Below are positions 21,335 to 34,207 of a DNA stretch of 64,000 bases, one piece after another. The position numbers and the translations under genes are program-made. The stretch's first letter is position 1. Each line of letters begins with the position of its first letter. Below the pieces are notes generated by a model. That model was not told the origin of the DNA and searched no databases. It worked only from the letters and a program-made list of their open reading frames with translations. The stretch is from Somniosus microcephalus (Eukaryota), in NCBI GenBank assembly GCA_052327205.1, contig CM126209.1, positions 183,644,001 to 183,708,000 of the forward strand, in the 5' to 3' direction.

Positions 21335-23520
21335 TAAAAGAATTTGTTTATGCGATGTGGGCATCGCTGGCAAGGCCAGCATTTATTGCCCATCCCTAAT
21401 TGCTCTCGAGAAGGTGCTGATGAGACGCCTTCTTGAACCAGTGCAGTCCGTGTGGTGAAGGTACCCCCACAGTGCTGTTAGGGAGGGCGTTCCAGGATTT
21501 TGACCCAGCGACGATGAAGGATCAGTGATATATTTCCAAGTCAGGATGTTGTGTGACTTGGAGGGGAACTTGGAAGTGGTGGTGTTCCCATGCGCCTGCT
21601 GCCCTTGTCCTTCTATGTGGTAGAGGTCGCGGGTTTGGGAGGCGCTGCTGAAGAAGCCTTGGCGAGGTGCTGCAGTGCATCTTGTAGATGGTACACACTG
21701 CAGCCAGGGTACGCCAGTGGTGGAGGGAGTGAATGTTTAAGGTGGTGGATGGGGTGCCAATCAAGCGGGCTGCTTTGTCCTGGATGGTGTCGAGCTTCTT
21801 GAGTGTTGTTGGAGCTGCACTCATCCAGGCAAGTGGAGAGTATTCCATCACAATCCTTACTTGTGCCTTGTAGATGGTGGAAAGGCTTTGGGGAGTCAGG
21901 AGGTGAGACACTCAATGCAGAATACCTAGCCTCTGACCTGCTCTTGTAGTCACAGTATTTATGTGACTGGTCCAGTTAAGTTTGTGGTCAATGGTGACCC
22001 CCAGGATGTTGATGGTGGGAGACTGGGTGATGGTAATGCCATTGAATGTCAAGGGGCGGTGGTTAGGCTCTCGCTTGTTGGAGCTAGTCATTGCCTGGCA
22101 CTTCTGTGGCGCGAATGTTATCTGCCACTTATCAGCCCAAGCCTGAATGTCACCCAGGGCTTGTTGCATGTGGGCATGGACTGCTTCATTCTCTGAGGAG
22201 TTGTGGATGGCACTGAACACTGTGCACTCATCAGCGAACATCCCCATTTCTGACCTTATGTTGGAGGGAAGGTTGATGAAGCAGCTGAAGATGGTTGGAC
22301 CTAGGACACTGCCCTGAGAAACTCCTGCAGCGATGTCCTGGGGCTGTGATGATTGACCTTCAACACCACAACCATCTTCCTTTGTGCTAGGTATGACTCC
22401 AGCCAGTGGAGATTTCCACCCCCCCCCCCGATTCTCATTGACTTCAGTTTTACTAGGGTTCCTTGATGCCACACTCGGTCAAATGCTGCCTTGATGTCTA
22501 GGGCAGTCACTCTCACCTCACCTCTGAAATTCAGCTCCTTTGTCCATGCTTGGACCAAGACTGTAATAAGGTCGGGAGCCAAGTGGTCTTGGTGGAACCC
22601 AAACTGGGCATCAGTGAGCAGGTTATTGGTGAGTAAGTGACGCTTGATAGCACTGTCGATGACATCTTCCATCACTTTGCTGATGATTGAGAGTAGACCG
22701 ATGGGATGGTAATTGGCTAGAATGGATTTGTCCTGCTTTTTGTGGACAGGACATACCTAGGCAGTTATCCACATTGCCGGATAGATGCCAGTGTTGTAGC
22801 TGTACTGAAACAGCTTGGCTAGAGGCGTGGCTAGTTCTGGAGCACAAGTCTTCAGCACGATAGCTGGAATGTTGTATCCAGTGCACTCAGCCGTTTCTTG
22901 ATATCCCATGGAGTGAATCGAATTAGCTGAAGATTGGCTTCTGCGATAGTGGGGACCTCAGGAGTAGGCCGCTATCAATCATCCACTCAGCACTTCTGGC
23001 TGAAGATGGTTGCAAACGCTTCTGCCTTGTCTTTTGACTCATGTACTGGGCTCCACCATCATTGAGGATGGGGATATTCAGGGAGCCTCCTCCTCCCGTT
23101 AGTTGTGTAATGGTCGACCACCATTCACGACTGGATGTGGCTGGGCTGCAGTGCTTTGATCTGATCTGTTGATTGTGGGATCGTTTAGCCCTGTCTATAG
23201 CATGCTGGTTTCACTGTTTAGCATGCATGCAGTCCTGTGCTGCAGCTTCCCCAGGTTGGCGCCTCATTTTTAGGTACGCCTGGTGCTGCTCCTGGCATGC
23301 TCTTCTACACTCCTTATTGAACCAGGGTTGGTCTCCTGGCTTGATGGTAATGGTAGAGGGAGGGCTATGCCAGGCCATGAGGTTACAGATTGTGGTGGAA
23401 TACAATTGTGCTGCTGCTGATGGCCTACAGTGCCTCATGGATACCCTGTTTTGAGCTGCTAGATCTGTTCTGAATCTATCCCATTTAGCACGGTGGTAGT
23501 ACCACACAACACAATGTAGG
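21335..23520 (-). mobile_element. Degenerate LINE of a distinct CR1/Jockey-group family (RT + 3' UTR)
   Basis: ALDIKAAFDRVWH, GVSQGSVLGP, FADE, TIYKAQVR...EYSPLAWMSAA; same family at 51808-52505 and 60500-61520. Confidence 0.85.
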
Positions 23521-26500
23521 GCTTCCTGCGCTATGTGGGAAATCAGGGGCACTTCCTGTGTCCCTGATGATCATGTGTGCGGGAAGTGTATCCAGCTGCA
23601 GCTGCTGACAGACCGCATTGCGGTGCTGGAGCTGTGAATGGATACATACTGGAGCATTCGCGATGCTGAGGACATCGTGGATAGCACGTTTAAGGAGTTG
23701 GTCACACCGCAGGTAAAGGCTGCACAGGCAGGAAGGGGATGGGTGACCACCAGGCAGAGTAGTAGGCACAGGCAGGTAGTGCAGGGGTCCCCCGTGGCCA
23801 TCCCCCTTGCAAACAGATATACAACTTTGGATATTGTTGAGAGAGATGGCTTATTGGAGGAAGGCAGCAGCAGCCAACTTCCTGGCACCATGGGTGGTCC
23901 TGCTGCACAGGACAGGAGGAAAAAGAGTGGGAGAGCTATAGTGATAGGGCATTCTATTTTAAGGGGACTAGATAGGCATTTCTGCGGCCGCAAATGAGAC
24001 TCCAGGATGGTATGTTACCTCCCTGGTGCAAGGGTCAAGGAAGTCTCGGAGCAGCTGCAGGGCATTCTGGAGAGGGAGGGTGAACAGCCAGTTGTCGTGG
24101 TGCATATAGGTACCAACGATATAGGTTAAAAAAAAAGGATGAGGTCCTAAAAGCTGAATATAGGGAGTTAGGAGGTAAATTAAAAAATAGGACCTCAAAG
24201 GTAGTAATCTCAGGATTGCTACCAGTGCCACGTGCTAGTCAGAGTAGAAATAGAAGGATATTTCAGATGAATACAGGAAACTTTGTGCTATCCGGCACCG
24301 ATGGGACCGAGCTGTTGCAGTTCCCTCAAAACTGCCGGACACACCAGCGTTAATGTTGAAGCATACAGAGCTTTTCATCTCTGTATCTGACAACAAACAC
24401 TGTTGCTTAGCAACAGCTTCTAAACAGTCAGCCCGTGCCTTGGAAGCGTCTCTCTGAAGCTGTTGCTAAGCTACAGAGACTTTGCAGAGCCTGACTGTTG
24501 AAAAAAAAAGGCCACGAGAAGAAAAAAAACCTAACAAAACGGCTCCTGATTTTTGCCGGTGGCTCGAGCTTGCTGGACAGTTAGCCTCCGGATAACACAA
24601 AGTTTCCTGTATATGGCTAGAAGAATGGTGCAAGGGGGAGGGATTCAAATTCCTGGGACATTGGAACCGGTTCTGGGGGAGGTGGGACCAGTACAATCTG
24701 GACGGTTTGCACCTGGGCGGAACCAGAACCAATGTCCTAGGGGGAGTGTTTGCTAGTGCTGTTGGGGAGGGTTTAAATTAAAATGGCAGGGGGTTGGGAA
24801 GCTGTGCAAGGAGACAGAGGAAAGGGAAGCAAGGATAGAAACAAAAGACAGGAAGGAGAAAAGCAAAAGTGGAAGGCAGAGAAATCAAGGGTGTAAATCA
24901 AACAGGGCCACAGTAAATAAGAGTTCTAAAAGGACTAAGCGTTAAAAAATCAATCCTGAAGGCTTTGTGTCTTAATGCGAGAAGCATTCGTAATAAGGTG
25001 GATGAATTAGCTTGCAAATAGATGTAAATGGATATGATATAATTGGGATTATGGAGACATGGCTCCAGGGTGACCAAGACAGGGAATTCAACATCCAGGG
25101 GTATTCAATATTCAGGAAGGACAGGAGAAAAGGAAAAGGAGGTGGGGTAGCATTACTGGTTAAAGAAGAGATTTACACAATAGTAAGGAAAGATATTAGC
25201 TCTGATGATGTGTAATCTCTATGGGCAGAGCTGATAAATACCATGGGGCAGAAAACGTTAGTGGGAGTTATATACAGACCCCCAAACAGTAATGCTGAGG
25301 TTGGGGATGGCATTAAATGGGAAATTAGAGACACGTGCAATAAGGGCACAGCAGTTATCATGGGTGACTTTAATCTACATATAGACTGGGCTAACAAAAT
25401 TAGTAACAATACTGAGGAGGAGGAATTCCTAGAGTGTATACGGGATGGTTTCCTGGACCAATATGTCAAGGAACCAACTAAAGATCAGGCCATCTTAGAC
25501 TGGGTATTATGTAATGAGAAGGGATTAATTAGCAATCTTGTTGTGCGAATCCCCTTGGGGAGGAGCGATCATAATATGATAGAATTCTTCATAAAAATGG
25601 AGAGTGAAGTAGTTGACTCAGAGACTAGGGTCCTGAATTTAAATAGAGGAAACTATGATGCTATGAGGCACGAGTTGGCTAGGATGGATTGGGGAACGTT
25701 ACTTAAAGGGTTGATGGTGGATAGGCAATGGCAAACATTTAAAGATCGCATGGATGAACTATAGAATTTGTTCATCCCTGTTTGGCCTAAAAATAAAACA
25801 AAAAAGGGTGACTCAACCGTGGCTAACAAGGGAAATTAGGGATAGTATAAGATTCAAGGAGAGGACATATAATGTGGCCAGAAAAAGCAGCAAACCTGAG
25901 GATTGGGAGCAGTTTAGGATTCAGCAAAGGACGACAAAAGGATTAATTAAGAGGGGAAAAATAGATTATTAGAGTAAGCTTGCAGGGAACATAAAAACTG
26001 ACTGTAAAAGCTACTATAGATATGTGAAAAGATAAAGAATGGTGAAGTCAAGCATAGGTCCCTTGCAGTCAGAATCGGAGGAATTTCTAATGGGAACAAT
26101 GAAATGGCAGACCAATTAAATACATATTTTGGTTCTGTCTTCACAAAGGAGGACACAAATAATCTCCCAGAGATGTCGGGGAACATAGGGGCTAATGAGA
26201 GAGAGGAACTGAATGAAATCAGTATTTGTAGGGAAATGGTGTTAGGGAAATTGATGGGATTGAAGGCTGATAAATCCCCAGGGCCTGATAATCTACATCC
26301 TAGGGGACATAAGGAAGTGGCCCTACAAATCATAGATGCATTGCTGGTCATCTTCCAAAATTCTATAGACTCTGGAACAGTTCCCATGGATTGGAGGGTA
26401 GCTAATGTAACCCCACTATTTAAGAAGGGTGGTAGAGAGAAAATGGGGAATTATAGACCGGTAAGCCTGACATTGGTAGTGGGGAAAATGCTAGAGTCCA

Positions 26501-27851
26501 TTGTAAAAGATGTCATAGCAGAGCACTTGGAAAACAGTGACAAGATCGGACACAGTCAACATGGATTTACAAAAGGTAAATCATGCTTGACTAATCTACT
26601 GGAATTTTTTGAGAATGTAACTGGTAGAATAGATAAGGGAGAACCAGTGGATGTGGTGTATTTGGACTTTCAGAAGGCTTTAGATAAGGTCCCGCATAAG
26701 AGATTAGCGTGTAACTTTAAAACACATGGCATTGGGGGTAAGGTACTGTTTTGGATAGAGAACTGGTTGGCAGACAGGAAGCAAAGAGTTGGAATAAACA
26801 GGTCTTTTTCTGAGTGGCTGGCAGTGACTAGTGGGGTACCACAGGGATCGGTGCCAGGACCCCAGCTATTCACAATATATATAAATGATCTAGACGAGGG
26901 AACTAGATGTAACATCTCCAAGTTTGCAGATGACACAAAACTGGGTGGGCGTGTGTGCTGTGAGGATGCTGCAGAGAAACTCCAGTACGATTTGGACAGG
27001 TTGGGTGATTGGGCAGATGCATGGCAGATGCAGCATAATGTGGATAAATGCGAGGTTATCCACTTCGGTGGCAAAAACAGGAAGGCAGATTATTATCTGA
27101 ATGGCAATAGATTGGGAAAAGGGGAAGTGCAACGAGACCTGGGTGTCCTTGTGCACCAGTCGCTGAAGGTAAGCATGCAGGTGCAGCAGGCGGTTAAGAA
27201 GGCAAATGGTATGTTGGCCTTCATAGCGAGAGGATTTGAGTACAGGAGCAAGGAAGTCTTGCTGCAATTGTACAGGGCCTTGGTGAGACCACACCTTGAG
27301 TATTGTGTGCAGTTTTGTGTGCCTTATCTGCGGAAAGATGTTCTTGCCATGGAGGGAGTGCAGCGAAGATTCACCAGACTGATTCCTGAGATAGCAGGAA
27401 TGACGTATGAGGAGCAATTGGGTCAATTAGGCTTATATTCACTAGAGTTTAGAAGAATGAGAGGGGATCTCATTGAAACTTATAAAATTCTAACAGGAGT
27501 AGAGAGACTAGATGCAGGAAGGATGTTCCCGATGGTGGGGGAGTCCAGAACCAGGGGTCACAGTCTAAGGATAAGGGGTAAGCCATTTAGGACTGAGATG
27601 AGGAGGAATTTCTTCACCCAGAGAGTGGTGAACCTGTGGAATTCTCTGCCACAGAAGGCAGTTGAGGCCAATTCATTAAATATATTCAAGAAGGAGTTGG
27701 ATATATTTCTTGAGCCTAAAGGATCAAGGGATATGGAGAGAAAGCAGGGACAGAGTACTGAATTTGGATGATCAGCCATGATATGATTAAATGGTGGAGC
27801 ATGCTCAAGGGGCCGAATGGCCTACTCCTGCTCCTATCTTCTATGTTTCTA
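23521..27851 (+). mobile_element. CR1 LINE with decayed ORF1 esterase and ORF2
   Basis: ORF1 remnants 23525-24780 (VIGHSILRG, HIGTND); ORF2 pieces 25012-27771 incl. 555-aa RT (FADD); CTATGTTTCTA tail at ~27850. Confidence 0.9.
24274..24609. mobile_element. Tc1/pogo-type MITE inserted in CR1 ORF1
   Basis: TIR CAGGAAACTTTGTG(C/T)TATCCGG at both ends; TA duplication at 24272-24273 and 24610-24611. Confidence 0.88.
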
Positions 27852-27944
27852 CTGATGCCTGGTACCACCTGACATGTCAACCTCAGCCTGCGGAAACATT
27901 GCTGTTCCGAGAGAAGCTGAGCCTTTGCCCATACACCCTATTAC

Positions 27945-28095
27945 ATAAGTACATAAGAAATAGGAGCAGGAGTAGGCCATATGGACCTTCAAGCCTGCTC
28001 TGCCATTCAATAAGGTCATGGCTGATCTTTGACATCAACTCCACCTTTCCACCCTATCCCTATATCGCTTGATTCCTTTAGTGTCCATAAATAGT
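27945..28095 (-). mobile_element. CR1 3'-end fragment
   Basis: ACATAAGAAATAGGAGCAGGAGTAGGCC...TCATGGCTGATC, same 3' UTR as other CR1 copies. Confidence 0.75.
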
Positions 28096-29387
28096 TACAC
28101 AGGTAGTGCCTCTTGTGAGCTCAACCCCTCTGCTGCTCCATTCTCTGCTGCCCCCCTCTGTGCTGACCACCCAGTGGTCCACAGCAGGCTATTGCTGCTG
28201 CTGATGGTCAACTTGCTCCTCGTCAGAGGTCCAATCTAAGGTAACCATGGCACCACCCATCCTGATCTTGAGTCTCAATACCTCCAAGGTGCAGAAATTA
28301 GCCTCTTACCACAAGTACTCTCAACAAACCCTTTCCCAGTGGTAGGTAAGGAAGCAGCTGTGAGCACTGAGTATTGCAGTCGTATGCCTGACTTTTAATG
28401 AGCCCATGAATTGCCGTTCTCTTCTCTTGTTGGTTTCAATGGCGAGTTTCAGGAAGCTCGGGAAGTCTGTGCATTCACCGTTAAGTTTAAATGCTGGTTA
28501 AAATATCGTGGCAGTTCACTGATTTAAATATTCTAATCGCTAACCTGCCTCTCTGGAGGTGGTTACGCACATGCAGCCAAACGCGCTTGCGTTAAACTTG
28601 GAATTCAGTACGTTGAATCCGGCTTCTGGACGCGATCACATTTTCCACGACTTTAACCCCCCATCCACACCTAAATCCACATTGTTAAAATTCTCCCCAA
28701 GACAACACTAACAAAATCTGCTGGTATTGTAATATTTATATTGATAGTCAAATAGAACATTTAAACAGATATGGACATAAGTTAGTCACTGTTAACAAGT
28801 CTATGGAGTATATTTTTCTCCATTCACTCACATTAGCAACCAAAGGAAAATATATCCATCTATCTCAACCAAAAGAATGAGAACTGGATGTATTAGCAGA
28901 GAAGATAATGACCAGAAAGACAGCACTGTTGTGGAAGAAAAGAGAACTCCCTATCTATAATCTAAAGGGGATGCACAACAGACTATAACTTGAAATTGTA
29001 AAGCAACGTCAACAATAGGTACATGACAGCTACATTAAAAAGGTTCAACAACAGTAAATGACTTGCAAATGAAAAATTGACTTTCAATGGAAAAATATTC
29101 CAAGGAACAGTGGAACTTAGAACCAGCCAACATTATCTGCAGCATTTTTACAATTCTTTCCTTCAGAGATAATACAGACAGGTGGAGGAGTTGGAGACGG
29201 GTAATAGCTCTACCAACTTAGGTAAATTAATCTTTGCCATATCTGCTAATAACATGCATAATAGCATACTTATTTTTTCAATGCAATGAATGCAACATGG
29301 TTTTAGAAATGTGGAATCTACAGACGTGAGGATGTGGAACTGAGTAATGTCATCCTAATGTCTTTCATTTCTTCTCTGCACTATGGA

Positions 29388-31869
29388 GAGGCAATTTTTT
29401 TCACTGGAGGTGGGTTTCGGTTTGGGTGGGTTTGAAATCTGCCTCCACTGATAGTTTTCAAAAATTTGCGATTTTCCCATGATTGGCCACTTGATTTCAG
29501 AGGTGTGGGATTGATCAATTAGTGTTTTGGGACTGAAACTCGCCTCTGCTGACTTCACTTTTTCAGTCTGATTTTATGGCTTCTTGCTGCCTTGGCTCAT
29601 TCCACAGGATTTCTGCCTATGCTGCACCACCTGCAACATATTCTGAGAAACCACTATCTCCAATTCCAAGGCAAGGGCCTCCCCGAGGCTCTCAGATGAG
29701 GCGCTGCAAATGTTGTTTGAGGAGGTGACAACTAGCAGGGAGGTGTTCTTCCACTGATCTGGGAGGAAAAGGCCTCCCAAAGAAACCAAGGCTGTGTGGG
29801 TACAGCTGGCAAGGGATATAATTTCCAGATCCGTGTGCAGATTGGGAGAATGTTTCTGTGTATTGATGAACTGCCATCCCTGTTGGAAAGCATTAAAATA
29901 TTTTGATGCCAAAATGTTGGCGTTATGGCATCTGTTCTTTCACCTTAGGCAGCTCCACATTGCGGGCTCCGCCACACTTGCGTTATCAGGTTGGCGGCCA
30001 GAGTGAAAGGAGGCCAGAGAGTCATGTCCATTGTCAATGATGTCTTAGGTTGGAGCCAAGGACATGTGCCAACTTGGGCAACCTATGCAAATCTAGCCAG
30101 GATAAGTTCATCCCTTGCGTCCCGAGCAGCCATGTGCTCGCGTGCTGCCACGGCCGCTGGTCAATACACCAGCGCTCTGACCTCCTCCTGCTCTGCCCCC
30201 TCCTTCTGCTCCTCCTCCTCCTCCTCCTCCTCCAGATCCTCCTCCTCCTCATCCTCATCTGAGGAGGGCTGAAACTGATTCACTTGCTCATCAGGAAGCT
30301 GCAAGCCATGACGCTGTGTGATGTTGTGCAGTGCACAGCAGACCACGGCCATTCTGGAGACCCTGTATAGTGTATACTGCAGGGCTCCATCTGATCGGTC
30401 AAGGCAACAGAAGCGCATCTTCAACAACCTAATGGTTTGCTTGAGGATGGGCCTGGTCGAAGTGTGGCAGGCGTTGTAGTGCTCTTCAGCCTTGTTAGCT
30501 GGCCTCCTGATCAGCGTCGTTAGCCACTTCTTCAGGGGGTAGCCTTTGTCACCAAGGAGCCATCCGTTAAGTTGGTTTGGTGGATTGAAAGGCGGAGGAA
30601 CACTAGACTGCCGCAGGATGAAAGACTCATGGCAACTACCACAGAACTTGACGCAAACATGCAAGAACTCCTTCTTGTGGTTACACACCAGTTGTACGTT
30701 GAGGGAGTGGAAGCCCTTTCGGTTGACAAAGATAGCTGGGTTGTGATGGGGTATCCTAAGGGCCACATGTGTGCAGTCTATGACGCCCTGCACCATTGGC
30801 ATGCCTGCCATATTTGCAAAGCCAACCGAACAGGCGGTTATACTTGCTTGATCCCTTGAGAACTGAATGTAATTGTAGGCCTTAGCAAAAAGGGCATCGG
30901 TAACCTGCATGATGCAATTGTGGGTGGCCGACTGGGAGATGCTGCTAATGTCCGCTGATGATCCCTGGAAGGAGCCTGAGACAAAGAAGTTGAGTGCGGT
31001 GGTGACTTTGACAGTCACTGGTAAGGGGTGTCCACCCATTCCTCTGGGCACCAGGTCTTACTGCAGCAGTCCGCAGATCTCTCGGACAAACTCTCGCGAA
31101 AGTCTCAACCTCCTTTGGCACTGCTGCTCACTCATGTTGAGGTAGCTCATCCTCTGTCTGTAAACCCTCTGTCGGGGGTATCTCCTGCGGCGAGGTGCCT
31201 CGATGCGCCGGCGCCTTCTGCCCTGTGCAGCATCAGGTGGCTGAGCAGGAGGTTGGAGCTCCTGCTGCTGTTGCTCCTGAGCTGCCTGGTTCTGATGCTG
31301 CCGTGGATGCTCCTCATCTGAATCTGAGGTCCATGGAGAAAGAAACAAATGGTTCCCATGCTGCTTGCAGATGCCTCTGTTGGGGAAGTGCTCATTGCAA
31401 GCAAGGAGGTCCCACAGTTGATAGATTCAAGCTGCAGCACCTCCGACTTCGGAAGGCCTTCCAAAAGTGCTCAAAGACCTTTTAAAGCAAAGTTCTGGCA
31501 CCTGCAACTAATCCCTGCTGAAATAAATGATTTCTTGTTGCACCTGCAGCTGTGAGGAGACCCCAACGAGTCAACCCACCCGGTTTAGTTGGCGTGGTTT
31601 AGGAGGGTCGTGGAACATGCCGAAATGCTCGAAAAATCACGAGGGCTTCTGAAAATAGGCTTAGAGAGGCCCTTAACAAGCATTTAATCATCTTAACAAG
31701 CACTATGGCCAGCTGGAGGCGGGACCATTACCCGCCCTCCAAAACCTGCACCGGCAAAATCTCGTGGAGGTGGGTTGGAGGCGGGTTCCAAACCCGTCCT
31801 CATTGTTTCTGATGTTCCCGCCTTTCCCACCTCTAAACCCGCCTCCTCGGACGTCAGAAAATCATCCCC
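29388..31869. mobile_element. Internally deleted PIF/Harbinger transposon
   Basis: Transposase on -; Myb exon-1 remnant on + at ~29670-29830; GG-starting degenerate TIRs, right end GAAAATCATCCCC. Confidence 0.7.
30020..31360 (-). pseudogene. Harbinger (HARBI1-like) DDE transposase with stop/frameshifts
   Basis: [46 protein letters not shown], acidic tail; stop at 31058. Confidence 0.9.
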
Positions 31870-32040
31870 ATGTACACTTGGGGTATCAGGTTTAGCAACT
31901 CGTCATAAATCACCTGTACCTCGAACAACCCCAGCTGTGTAACAGCCAGCAGGCCCCACAGTCCCGCTCAAAGATTGTATCATATTGCAATTGCTGCTTG
32001 TAATATGCAAATTAAAGTCCTTGAAGATAAATGGGATAAT

Positions 32041-32798
32041 GGCTCAGATTTTACAATGCCTATGACTGCGTACGCACAACATACGCCATCATTAATGCCC
32101 CGCAAGTTCCGGGTTTCCACATGCGATGTGCACGCGCAAAAACCCGGAACTTGCGATCTGTCAAGCTTCTTCTTGGCAGATCGTACCCATCCACTGGAAA
32201 TTCACTTTCGCTGGCGTAGTGCTGGGCTATTTGCCCAACTACTGCCCAGCGAATACCCACCTAACCCTTACACCTGTTAAAAGCAGGCGTAAGGCCTTCT
32301 TTTACCAGCGTAAGGGTTAAAATAAATGTTAAAATAGAATGTTTTAAATGATCTAAGCATTCACTTACTTTTAAAATTAGTTTAGGTCAATTTTGACCCA
32401 GTTAAAAACATTTAAATTTATTTTTCAAAATATTATTTTAAATGCTTAATTAAAGGGTATTTTAATTAATTTTGAACCTGATCATTTATTTTTATTTAAA
32501 TGGTGTGAAACTTTATCAGGTGGTTTCTATTGTACTTATGCAGATTCCATATGTAAATGGGATCCCCATAAGCATAATAGGAATCCTCCTTTGTCATTGG
32601 TTGGCCTGGCCCACGTGATCCCAGGGACACTTGTGAATCACATGCACCCCTGGGATGCGTGGGCCTTTATGCAGGCGCAGGCCTGCAGGCCCAAGACCGC
32701 AAGAGTCCGAAGCTCCGGATACAGCAGGTAAGTACATACTTTTCTTGCGGTTCGGAGGCGTATGTGGGCTGCAAGCCTCCAACCGCAATTTCCAGGCC
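32041..32798. mobile_element. Non-autonomous Harbinger-type MITE
   Basis: Ends GGCTCAGATTTT / AATTTCCAGGCC with AAT duplication on both sides; AT-rich centre. Confidence 0.7.
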
Positions 32799-33135
32799 AA
32801 TGATTTTAGGTATAAATGGGCAGAGCGCACGCCACTGTTGCACTGCCCTTTTGTACTGGTGAATGGCCTAATGTGTCGATAAGTGGACTTATGTCGATTA
32901 ACCATCTTCTCCGTAGATTCGTCATCTGATTAAATTGTCTAAGTCATAGTTTACTTCATAGTAGTATCTACTTTTCTTTTGGATGTCTCTAACAAAATAA
33001 GCTAACAAAACATTAGTAACATCCCCTGCAAAGACACACTCATCTCTTACAGAACTAACATGGCCAGGTGAGGAAGGTACATTGCAGGGCACAGCCAATG
33101 CAAACAGGAGCAACTGAAACAGGAAATTGGAGATA

Positions 33136-34207
33136 CAGGTAGACTATCCTTTATCCGAAATTCTGAAAGCCGAAAACCTCTAAAAACCGAAAGTTTTTTC
33201 GTTCAGCGTAAGTCGTGCGCACGACATGACCAGAGTGGCGCACGACTTACGCTGAGCAGGGCAGAGGGTCACAGAGTTCCCTCCTGGGTAGGAGATTGCA
33301 GGCCGAGCCAGGCAGTGTGAAGGAGGTACCGGGAGAGTGAACCCAACAATACAGCGGCCGGTCCGATAGCTGCAGCGGCCCGTCCGATATTCTTTTCTCC
33401 CCCGACCCGACCCGAACTGAACCGCGGCCCGTCCGATATTCTTTTCTCCCCCCGACCCGACCCCCGACCCGTCCGATATTCTTTTCTCCGGACCCGACCC
33501 GAACCGCAGCCCGTCCGATATTCTTTTCTACCCCCACCCGACCTGAACCGCGGCCCGTCCAATATTCTTTTCTCCCCCCTGACCCCCCCGGACCCCCCCC
33601 GACCCCCCCGGACTCCCCCCGACGACCCCCCCGACCCCGCCCGGACTCCCCCCGAGCCCCCTGACCCCGACGACCCCCCCGACCCCGCCCGGACTCCCCC
33701 CGAGCCCCCTGACACCGACACCCTCCCGACCCCCCCGACCCCCCCCGACCCCGACCCCCCCCCGACCCCCCCCCGGACACCCCCGACCCCGACCCCCCCC
33801 ACAAGACACCGCCCGGACCCCCACCAGACCCCCCCAACCCCGACCCCCCCCAGACCCCCCCCCAGACACGCCCCCCCGGACCCCCCCCGGACCCCCCCCT
33901 GGACCCCCCCCAGACCCCCCCCGACCCTGACCTGAACAGCGGCCCGTCCGATATTCTTTTCTCCCCCCCCCCCCCACCCGACCTGATTTGCGGGTCAGCT
34001 TAGTAGGAGTCAGCCGATATCCGGCTTTCCAGAGAAGCAGAAAGGGGAATGAGACACGGAACAGTCGCAAGAGGTAGCCTGAACTTTAAAAATTTATATT
34101 AAATACAAATTTCCCAGTCTTATAATAATACCTTCTGAAATCCGAAAAATTCCGAAAACCGAAACTCAGCTGGTCCCAAGGCTTTCGGATAAGGGATGGT
34201 GTACCTG
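33136..34207. mobile_element. pogo/Tigger-like non-autonomous element with internal C-rich repeats
   Basis: TIR CAGGTAGACTATCCTTTATCCGAAA / CAGGTACACCATCCCTTATCCGAAA; TA duplication; subterminal CCGAAA repeats. Confidence 0.85.
33355..33985. repeat. C-rich low-complexity array (CCGACCCC-type) flanked by repeats of GCGGCCCGTCCGATATTCTTTTCTCCCC
   Basis: Directly visible; source of the spurious Gly-rich ORFs. Confidence 0.9.

Larger units (their letters stand above)
13862..28698. mobile_element. Decayed PIF/Harbinger transposon hosting nested Gypsy, LINEs and a MITE
   Basis: Myb/SANT gene remnant on + (14073-15319, resuming 20049); transposase fragments on - (21040-21330, ~28100-28320); degenerate termini GGCCCCGATAATAAC / GTTAAAATTCTCCCC. 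Confidence 0.55.

Noticed and set aside
28780-29340. Purine-rich stretch that looks like decayed coding sequence
   Set aside because: Stops in all frames and no motif I can assign; possibly an ancient transposon fragment
33247-34070. Gly/Arg-rich ORFs resembling RGG or structural proteins
   Set aside because: Open in all three frames because the G-rich repeat lacks stops; lies inside a TIR element
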